From positions 186,001 to 250,000 of the forward strand of contig NW_020846126.1 in NCBI RefSeq assembly GCF_003704095.1: a stretch of DNA of 64,000 bases. Reading direction: 5' to 3'. The notes under the pieces are model-generated. The model was given only the letters and a program-made list of their open reading frames with translations. It ran no database searches and was not told the origin of the DNA. Positions 13,420 to 22,558 of the stretch are shown here, piece after piece (within the stretch, counting starts at the first letter, position 1; every line of letters starts with the position of its first letter). The translations under genes were made by a program, and so were the position numbers. Origin of the DNA: Pocillopora damicornis (lineage: Eukaryota).

Positions 13420-15908
13420 TCACTCTAGGACGATGTTGCTATGAATCTGTCTTCCATTCAGTGGCATAACGTTTCGAAAGTTATTGCACATACGACCAAC
13501 ATTTGGACCTTGAGCATGCGCCTTGCTGCTTTTTAGATTTCGGAATGCCAGTATCTATTTTCAAGATGAAAAACAGCGTTTGGATTAAAAAATTTCTAAA
13601 ATTCTTGAGGTTTGAATTCCTCGAGTAGTGTGTTGTTGAAAAATATTTGTGTAAAGATGATTTCTTACTTCTTGCTCTGTTATCTGTGGATGATTGTTCA
13701 TCACAAACCACGTGACCGATTCATAACACCCGGGAGTCGTGAGAGATCCTTTGTATTTGTAAAACCTGTCTGCAACATCTGGCGACGCGAGTAATGGTGC
13801 CAAGTCCTCGATATGCAGCCCCTCGCTTTGTGTTACCACGTAATTGCTGTCTTTTTATGAAAAGACGAGGTAAATATGGCTAGCATGATGATAGAGACTG
13901 AGAGCTGAATTTTGTCTCGATCTCAACCCAGTCCCCCTCATTTGCTTCAGTCTATCGCGAACAAAAATACTGAGTTATATGAAGAACTGAGTTTCCCCTC
14001 CCAAAACATCATGGTACGCGTCTCTATGGTTGAACGTTAGGTGACATCATCATGCAAGTATGTTAAACATATGTTAGGACTCTGAGATCTGTCCCGAATG
14101 GTTTAAATTTCAATTATAGCTGTAATACATAAGCTTAATCTAAACAATCCACAGGTGTGCGAACTACTTACTCTCTTCGACAACGTTGTTAAGAAGACGC
14201 GCAATTTTTTCCAGAGCATTATTTGCTGGTGTGGTGCCAATGTTTGCCATTGGAAGCTGCAACATGAGATGTGCCACATAAGATTTCTGTGTACTTAGAG
14301 GAGCTAATTTGTGATCAGATAAGTCTTAAATGCTGCTTTTATTCCAATATTTATTTTATATATTTATTTTAGCAACATCCTTGACTTTAGCTATACATTA
14401 GGCAGTCAACTACGATCAGAATGGATTACGATCTTCCGATATTAGATTCACTTAAAGGGTAAATAAACCATTGTTTGTTAATTGTGCAAATGCTTAATTT
14501 TTCTATTTGATGAGCATGTTCTCATAATTTTATCCTGACTAATAAAGTTAACACTAATATGCCAATTGACGACTTGATTTCTAGAGATAAATAAGAGAAG
14601 AAATAGTTAAGTGATATACCTCGTAAAGCACAGACACCACAGCCAGACCATCTTCTCCCTGAGCTGCTAACTTATACGTCGCGTAATTAGTGTTGTCCCA
14701 AAATACCATGTGCAACTAACATACAACAGAAATTCCAAATAAGCACCGGGGTGCTGCAGGAGGATTATGGAGAGTAGAATACTCAAGACTGTTTTCGAAA
14801 AAAAATTTTTTTTTGAAGGTATTCAGTGAGTTAAACATCTTAATAACGTTTGCAAAATCTGCGAGCTTTCTTTTCTACACTTAAGGATGAAATGGAGGAG
14901 AAGTCATTGGCTCGTCTTAGCAGACGAGCCAGAAGATGTCGGATTTTACCTCAATCGGATACGTGTTGCCATCAATTGTGTGCTCCGAACCGACTGTATT
15001 ATTGCAGCCAAAGTGAAAATGAAATTGCTTCAGAAAGTAGTTTTCCTGAAGTAGACCGCCTGCCAACTTGACCGTCAACTCCTCTGCGAGGAAGAACGTG
15101 GGCGCATATCCATTGTTCCTAATCTCACCGGTGATTGGTTTATTGCCAGCCACTGTCAACCTCAGGTTGGGTGGATTGGTGGGGTCTTTCTGCATCACCT
15201 GGTCTGTGCCCACGTCGATTGGGGACTGTTTACGTCCATTGCAAGACCAGTTACCGTTTAACGTTTCCCATTCATCCGGGCCTTGACAGAAAAAAAACCA
15301 ATAACGATTATGCTTAACTTGAAATGCTCTGTTGAAAATCAAAGCAGCTTACACACAGTAAAATTCCACTGGCTTTGTTAACTATGAGCTTTGTAAAATA
15401 CCGTGATTCTGTTTATTTCCTGTACCTTTGGCTCCGGCTATTCCTCGGTCGTAAGTCCAGGGTGTGCCTCCTAGCTTAACTGCTATTAATAAAAAATATA
15501 TCAAGTCATGTGGCTCCTCGTTTGAACAGAAACGAGGCGATAAAATGATCCACAAAGAACCATGCGGGCGTTGAATTAATGAAATATCCGTCACATAATA
15601 CACTGATTAGGTGACCGAAGAGGTAATGTGTTGACACTCTTATAGAAAAGGTTAAGTTGAGATAGCGCCTGATAGATCGAGAGGCTTACGCGCGCTGGAC
15701 GAAAGAAAAATCCTCTTTCGATCTTTCCGAGCCCCCAAGACATTGAATCTTTAGTTATTAGATAACTCAAAGGCCATGAATAAATTTACCCGACAACATC
15801 GTCATTTAAATTGCTATATACGACTTACTTGAGAAAGCGATGTCCACTTTCAGGAAAAGTGCCACACCTGTCCACAAAAGAAAATTGCTAGTCCTTCTAC
15901 TAATTCAT
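13420..15908 (-). CDS. Alpha-carbonic anhydrase, probably secreted (copy A); exons ~15908-15829, 15482/15479-15426, 15281-14950, 14715-14620, 14256-14172, 13850-13669, 13554-13420
   Basis: WTY, C-x-G-xx-QSPID, QFHFHFG (His94/His96), GSEHTIDG, ELHMV (His119), GLAVVSV, YKGSLTTPGCYESVTWFV and NFRNVMPLNGR. The start codon is uncertain (see findings). Confidence 0.9.
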
Positions 15909-17115
15909 TTCTAGTGGAAACCAGTCATCCTCTCTTGTCCTAGACTCAGTTACGCAAAAAGTCGTCAGCTTATCAACCTCAATTTTTTTATATTAATACT
16001 GTTGTGATAACTTTAGGAGTTCCAGCCAAACCACACCGAAAGAATAGTAAAATATGTAGCCCTGAACAAAATGTTTGTAAAAGTAGCACTTTATGATGAA
16101 ACGAAGAAAAGATGCAGGTGTCTGTGATGTCATTTGATATCTCATGGATACTCAGTTAAACCGTTAAGGAGACAGAATATATTTCAGCCTTTGTGCGCAA
16201 CTTAAAAAATTTGTTTTGAAGAGATTAGGATATTCAGCTGAAAAAATAACACAATCTTTTTCGCGGTAAAATAACGGTAACGTTATNNNNNNNNNNNNNN
16301 NNNNNNNNNNNNNNNNNNNNNNACTTAGATAAACAGATTTTTAAAAGAGGAAATTGTCAGTGAGTTACCCTCTCTCCCGAAATGTTTTTGAAAGAGGTTA
16401 CCAGAATCATTTTTGTTACATTTTGAACAAACACCTATTCATAGAAGTGCAAATAAACATTTAGGTTTTGAGTGTTAAACGGACAAACAATTTGTAAATA
16501 ATCATGTTACCTGCAAACAAAATAATGGAGTATAACTTGCTCTGTTTAGAGTACATCAGGGTTAACTGTTTTGATCCAGTTGCGTAAATGAAGAACGGCT
16601 TGGCTGAAAAAGTCTTACAACCTGAAATCTGAGTCAGACACCAACTAAGACTTTTTACGTCTATGTTATTTATTATCTTCCTGAGGATCATTAATGATTG
16701 AATACATGAAGCTCATCAGGTGTAATGTGCTGTGCCCTCGCTTATCGAAAAAAATAAGATGATATTGCGACATCTTTAAATTGACGATGAAAGAATTTCG
16801 GTTTCCAATTTCAATAAGCCCAAGCCAGGATTTTGTTGCTCACTAAGTTCTCCATAGGAAAAAGTCAGTTGTGGTTCATTTTCTAACTTTCTAATGTTTC
16901 AGAATCCAATCTACTAACACATGACCAGCACCTGTCAATCGGCCGTCAAAATTTGACCTTCGATCACCACAGGCGGTCCAAGCTCCAACCATGAGGTGAT
17001 CATCTTGCGAAGTAAGAGTCATGGCGAAATCATAAAAGTTAATATGGGAATATTTACGACCGCTCTTAGGAATAAAAAAGTACAGTCGAATTCTTAATAC
17101 CACGCTTTACTTTCA

Positions 17116-17870
17116 CAGTGCACTGCTTGTTATCTGACCGCTTACTATGTTAAATAGAATTCGCCATTGTAGCGAGTTATCCATTTCTAGGTTTACTACA
17201 TANNNNNNNNNNCTCTTATGTAGTACAAAGCTTAAGGTGCTGCCTCCTTACAGTCCGTTTCTCAACATCGTGGAACAAGCGATCAGTAATCTTAAAGCTG
17301 TAATCAAGGCCGATATCTCTCAACCTGGCACTCAAGAGGAGTAAAACAACCGGGAAGAAGCAAGACGTTAAGGCATTCCACTGGGAGACTATCACCAAGG
17401 AATTCTGTTATGACCATGCAGGCTGAAGAAATATGAACGCAATAACTGTCTGAAAATACGCTCAATTATTTAGGTTTATGCAAACCTATATCCTGTGTTG
17501 CTTAAACCGCGAAGCAATATAAGGATAGGCTATTACTGGAACACAAACTTACTTGAAATTCTTAAGTTGTTAATGTAGCTGAGAACTGATTGCACAACAA
17601 CATTAAAGATTGTACTTTAATTTAAAATGAAAGTATATTTGTGTAAATGAATTTTTGTATTTATGCAAACAACCTAAATGAAATTTAAATCTGTCATAAT
17701 GATTGTCTTCTCTTAACTTGATAACACTTTCGTGTTATTTAACTTAAATGTAGCGCTAATTAAATTTATCTTGCGTTCCTGAAGGGCAAACGGTGTAAAC
17801 CTAGAGATAGATGACCCGCTAAAATGGGTTCTTTTCAAACACAATAACATAGTAACAATAACAAGCAATG
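17116..17870 (+). mobile_element. Decayed Tc1/mariner (IS630-Tc1, DDE_3) DNA transposon remnant with imperfect terminal inverted repeats
   Basis: LPPYSPFLNIVEQAISNLK (third acidic residue of the DDE motif) at ~17230-17300, followed by stops. 17164-17198 (ccattgtagcgagttatccatttctaggtttac) is an imperfect reverse complement of 17793-17827. Similarity extends outward to ~17121 and ~17870. An N-gap lies at 17203-17212. Confidence 0.75.
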
Positions 17871-18219
17871 NNNNNNNNNNNNNNNNNNNNNNNNNNNNNN
17901 NNNNNNNNNNNNNNNNNNNNNNNNNNNNNNNNNNNNNNNNNNNNNNNNNNNNNNNNNNNNNNNNNNNNNNNNNNNNNNNNNNNNNNNNNNNNNNNNNNNN
18001 NNNNGATGATCATCTCACGGCTGGAGCTTGGGGCACCTGTGGTTTGGCTGGTTAAAAAATGAGTTACTGAACTTAGAGCAGTCTAGACGGTCTAAGAGTT
18101 GTAGGAAGAAAATACATTCNNNNNNNNNNNNNNNNNNNNNNNNNNNNNNNNNNNNNNNNNNNNNNNNNNNNNNNNNNNNNNNNNNNNNNNNNNNNNNNNN
18201 NNNNNNNNNNNNNNNNNNN

Positions 18220-19622
18220 TATAACTCAGTATTTTTGTTCGCGATAGACTGAAGCGAATGAGGGGGACTGGGTCGAGATCGAGACAAAATTCAGCTCTCA
18301 GTTTCTATCATCATACTAACCATATTTTACCCCGTCTTTTCATAAATAGACAGCAATTACGTGGTAACACAAAGCGAGGGGCTGCATATCGAGGACTTGG
18401 CACCATTACTCGTATCCCCGGATGTTGCAGACAGGTTTTACAAATACAAAGGATCTCTCACGACTCCTGGGTGTTATGAATCGGTCACGTGGTTTGTGAT
18501 GAACAATCATCCACAAATAACAGAGCAAGAAGTAAGAAATCATCTTTACACAAATATTTTCCAACATCACACCTTAGATTTCTTGAAGAAGGAAAACTTT
18601 GGGAGGATGGCTTTCTCAGTGTAAAGTTATATACAATGTGAAGTCATCGAAAACACGAAGACTCGCAAAAATTTGACTGTCCTCCTTCCCAGTTTTCAAA
18701 TCCCATTTCAGAAATTAAGAATAATCTATCTCTTCGTCACTCTTAACGTTAAGAGTCAAGATTTTAAAAGAAACAACGGAAAGTTTCAAACCACTTGAAG
18801 GATTCAAACCTGAGGAACTTTTAGAGATTTTTTTAATCCAAGCGCTGTTTTTTCATCTTGAAAATAGATAATGGCATTCCGAAATCTAAAGAGCAGCAAG
18901 GCGCATGCTCAAGGTCCAAATGTTGGTCGTATGTGCAATAACTTTCGAAACGTTATGCCACTGAATGGAAGACAGATCCATAGCAACATTGTCCTAGAGT
19001 GAACAGAAAGTATCCATCTTTGTATTTCTCATATCTACAGTAAGGTGAGTGTGTCTTAGAACAGACATGAATAATTCAGAGCGTTTTAAAATAGCTGTGT
19101 CACAGAGACCGCCTGACGATCGTGGGTTCCCTTAAACTTTTTTTAGTATTTCTCGCAGAAGTGTTTAAAAGGTTTCCCAAAGTTTTTTTTTTTGCAAATT
19201 TTTTGTAAAAACCAAAACAAGTATCAAACATTCACAGATTTGTTCTCAGGCCTGGTTTTCAGATATCACCGAGGAAGAAAGAGATTGGAGACGCGGTTGT
19301 GTGCTTTCACAACGGTCATACATTGAAAATAATAATCAATGCGACGAGAAAAGGAGATGGTAACCAGGAAATTAAAATGTAACATAGGATTAAAAAAGGA
19401 TTGGCCCTCGAGAAATAAATGATAATATAGAGTTCATGTATGTGACAGGTTCTTGTAACATTTTCGATATTTTAGGTTGATTGAAGTTCTAACAGGTGAA
19501 AGAAATCCGGGTGGTAACAAGAAGGACTGGCACGAGCTCATGTTAACCATGGCTGGAATAAAGGAATGAACTGTTATATTATGCTGTGACAAGTTGCATT
19601 AGTTTTCTTCCTCTAAGAAGCA
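18220..19622. repeat. Inverted duplication of ~12904-13979 (3' half of the carbonic anhydrase gene plus flank)
   Basis: Direct reverse-complement match including introns and 3' flank. This copy carries extra blocks at ~18573-18791 and ~19498-19601. Confidence 0.9.
18350..19002 (+). CDS. Alpha-carbonic anhydrase copy B: last two coding exons only (18350-18531, 18868-19002); 5' part absent or hidden in assembly gaps
   Basis: Near-identical inverted copy of copy A exons (YKGSLTTPGCYESVTWFV; NFRNVMPLNGRQIHSNIVLE*), with intact splice sites. It begins right after the N-gap at 18120-18219. Confidence 0.7.
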
Positions 19623-19859
19623 TGTTTGAAGGAAAGTTCTATAGATCACTCCAAAGACGAACAATTAGTGGAAACATGTACATGTAATCCAAATGATGCA
19701 GACGCCTGTTATAATCATAAAAGGTCTTATGATCTTGCAATTTCTGCCTCCAGTGTCTGTTGCTTTTTTCCCTGTGAAAGTCAAGTTAATGATGAGTAAT
19801 TTTGGTTAAGTAAACTGGAACCGGAATATGATCAGAGCGCTCGCGGCATAGAATTGGTT

Positions 19860-20047
19860 GGATTGCAATGAGTGCTAATCCGTGCATGCAAAATGCAGCT
19901 ACAAGACATACTTGTATATGAGTTAATTTGTTAAATACATAATTATTGTAAATCCCACGATCTGCATTGCAAGCATCGCCATCCGACTCCAAAATGCTGG
20001 CATTCAGACGGCTTTCTTCAATATTGCAAGCAATCCCAGAAGTCCAC
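19860..20047 (-). pseudogene. Inverted, frameshifted fragment of the 21211-22044 membrane-protein gene
   Basis: The reverse complement matches ~21515-21697 (FNKLTHIQVCLVAAFCMHGLAL). It has a 1-nt deletion (tatttaac vs tattttaac), is truncated on one side and abuts the N-gap on the other. Confidence 0.75.
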
Positions 20048-20147
20048 NNNNNNNNNNNNNNNNNNNNNNNNNNNNNNNNNNNNNNNNNNNNNNNNNNNNN
20101 NNNNNNNNNNNNNNNNNNNNNNNNNNNNNNNNNNNNNNNNNNNNNNN

Positions 20148-20490
20148 TCCTTCTCGTTCGGTTCACAGGTGAGTTCGTTCATAGAACAGATTCGTGAACC
20201 TCTCGTTTGCTTTTGACTTTTTCATTTCATCCCTCGCCAGCAGTTGGATCAAAACCAACGTAACAACGAACAAGTATTTTTCTTCACCAAAAACAAACAA
20301 CAGAATGAAAATGCCAAGACATTTGGTAAAAGTTTCAGTTTCTAGCGGCGTGAATAAATATCAGGATCATCCGATAGCTGATAACTAAGACAGTTTGTTA
20401 AAGTAGTTTATTCTTGCGGATACCATTTGGCCTCTCCTTCTCGGTTCACAGGTGAGTTCGTTCATAGAACAGATTCGTGAACGTCTCGTT
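20148..20490 (+). repeat. ~60-bp direct repeat (20148-20210 and 20436-20491) containing a CAG|GTGAGT splice donor
   Basis: cggttcacaggtgagttcgttcatagaacagattcgtgaac occurs twice. The first copy abuts an N-gap. Confidence 0.8.
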
Positions 20491-21210
20491 TACTTATTTT
20501 TTTGTTTTGTTTTAGTTTTTTTTTATTTCCAGGTCTACCCACCGCCCCTTGATTAACGGTGACCCTAATATTCTTCAACCTGGGGGGTCGATCGATCCAT
20601 CACACAAAATGTTGAATATAATTAATTACCGTACGATTGGTAACAATCTGTCGGGCGATTTTTATGGCTCAGGGGAAACTTTGATCCATTTTAAAAAACA
20701 TGACAAAACTCTCGCGCATTTACGAGCGCTAGTGAAGCAGATTGCAAACAGATTCAGTCGTTCACAGTTGTTTGAAAGATAATAAAGAAGGCGAGACATT
20801 GATTGTTCAAACTTCTTTAGGTTAATTTAAAACAAGGGGTTGGGGTGTGTTTTATTTTAACTTCAACTTTTGCCGCAATGATTCAGAATTAAAGAACTGA
20901 TTAATTTTTTACGAACGAAATGACGTTCGAAAATGAAAAACAATAAAAGGAATGTGAATAATAAGCATAAAGATAAGTATTAGAGAACATGATCTGCGAT
21001 CACAGTATCAGCTGTATGAGTTATGTTTTGAAATGAGGCTTACTCATGTTCTAACAAAGTCTGTCTTTTTGTTTTATTTTATGAAAATTGGAACGCAAAA
21101 AGTTTTGGATCTTTAACTAAAACCTTTTCGTTTTTTAACAGGAAAGAAGCAAAATCCACCTGAAGCACTTTGATAAAATGGTTAGTTCTGTAAACTAACT
21201 GGCATCCTGG

Positions 21211-22044
21211 ATGGAAACCTTACCTTTGATAATCTCGCAAACGAAAAAACAAGACCGTTTTTGCGACAAATCGAAGTTGCTTCTCAGCAACCTTGCCCGT
21301 TGCTGTTTTGTTCTTCTTCTCCTGTGGCAGATTATAGGGACAGTTCTTTACTTCCTGCGTGCCTACGATTGCTGTTTAAGGGATCGACACGCAACATTTA
21401 GTTGCTCAAATTTTACAAAAATTCCTCACTCTAAAGAACTTGAACTGACATGGCTGGTCTCCCAGGACATAAGCATTGGCTTGACAGCATTTGCCCTGAG
21501 AAAAGTGCCTGAATTTATGGGATTTCGCGCAATATTGAAAAAAGCCGTCCGAATGCCAGCATTTTGGAGTCTGATGGCATTGCATGCAATGCAGATCGTG
21601 GGATTTACAATAATTATGTATTTTAACAAATTAACTCATATACAAGTATGTCTCGTAGCTGCGTTTTGCATGCACGGATTAGCACTCCTTGCAATCCTTT
21701 TCGTGCTAAATTTTACGCCGATAAATCGAATTAGACGAAGGCGTAACTACTTTGTTTTTATACTCCTCAAATTCACGTTACTGGTATTTTTCGTGCAAAC
21801 TTCTACAATCTTTGTAGTTGGATCCCTTCAGTTTACTTTTAAAGTCACTGGTTTAGATGAGGTGGGACGATCAGCTAATTTCGTGACGATTTTTCGAAAA
21901 CTTCGAGAATTTCCACAAGTTATTTTCTTCTACAGGACAGCAACTTTCTTCTGGCACAAGTTCTTTTTGGATAGTAGAAATATACTCAGCCATTTTCAAA
22001 TGCTGAAGTCAAGGAATGATATTTCGAATAGATTTCATGAATAA
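21211..22044 (+). CDS. Uncharacterised multi-pass membrane protein (277 aa, about 6 TM)
   Basis: Intronless 277-aa ORF with regular hydrophobic segments and a Cys-rich first loop (YDCC...FSC). An acceptor at ~21141 suggests a 5'UTR intron. No family recognised. Confidence 0.75.
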   Translation: METLPLIISQTKKQDRFCDKSKLLLSNLARCCFVLLLLWQIIGTVLYFLRAYDCCLRDRHATFSCSNFTKIPHSKELELTWLVSQDISIGLTAFALRKVPEFMGFRAILKKAVRMPAFWSLMALHAMQIVGFTIIMYFNKLTHIQVCLVAAFCMHGLALLAILFVLNFTPINRIRRRRNYFVFILLKFTLLVFFVQTSTIFVVGSLQFTFKVTGLDEVGRSANFVTIFRKLREFPQVIFFYRTATFFWHKFFLDSRNILSHFQMLKSRNDISNRFHE

Positions 22045-22558
22045 GAGTATTTTTCTATCGACCCCCATGAAACTGAAACCAAAATAAGCCACTGATTTGC
22101 ACAACGGAGAGAGGGTGAGACTACAGATTTCAAATTAATGAAATGTTTGACACCTTGGCATAACTCTAAAATACCCGTTTAAGAAACGAATAAAATATTT
22201 TTGAAAGTAACTTTGACCAATAAATCAAGGAATCTTCATTCGTTTGTTTTATTTTGGAAGATTAAAACAGAAGTTAATAAGATCATAATAGGAATGAAAA
22301 CAGTACAATAGTATTTTTTTTTCTGACAGAAGATTTTCTCCTATGACAAAACCTATATACAACATAGATTTTAAGATACAGTCCTGTATATAAACAAAGC
22401 AAGGATTGTAATTATAATTGAAAGAAACTGTACATGATTTAGCACAAGCGGCGGTTCTTTCCCTTTGCAGGCTATCGTGTATAATGGTAACTGGTTTATA
22501 TATGATAACTTTTATCGAAAATAAATGTTCTGAATAAAGAAGTGAAAGAGTAGTTTTG

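Larger units (their letters stand above)
16287..20147. other. Cluster of assembly gaps (16287-16322, 17203-17212, 17871-18004, 18120-18219, 20048-20147); further gaps at 50979-50988 and 52151-52161
   Basis: Runs of N. Two are exactly 100 N, which is typically a placeholder for a gap of unknown size. Confidence 0.99.

Noticed and set aside
17819-18287. ORFs spanning N-runs
   Set aside because: These are artefacts of translating gaps.
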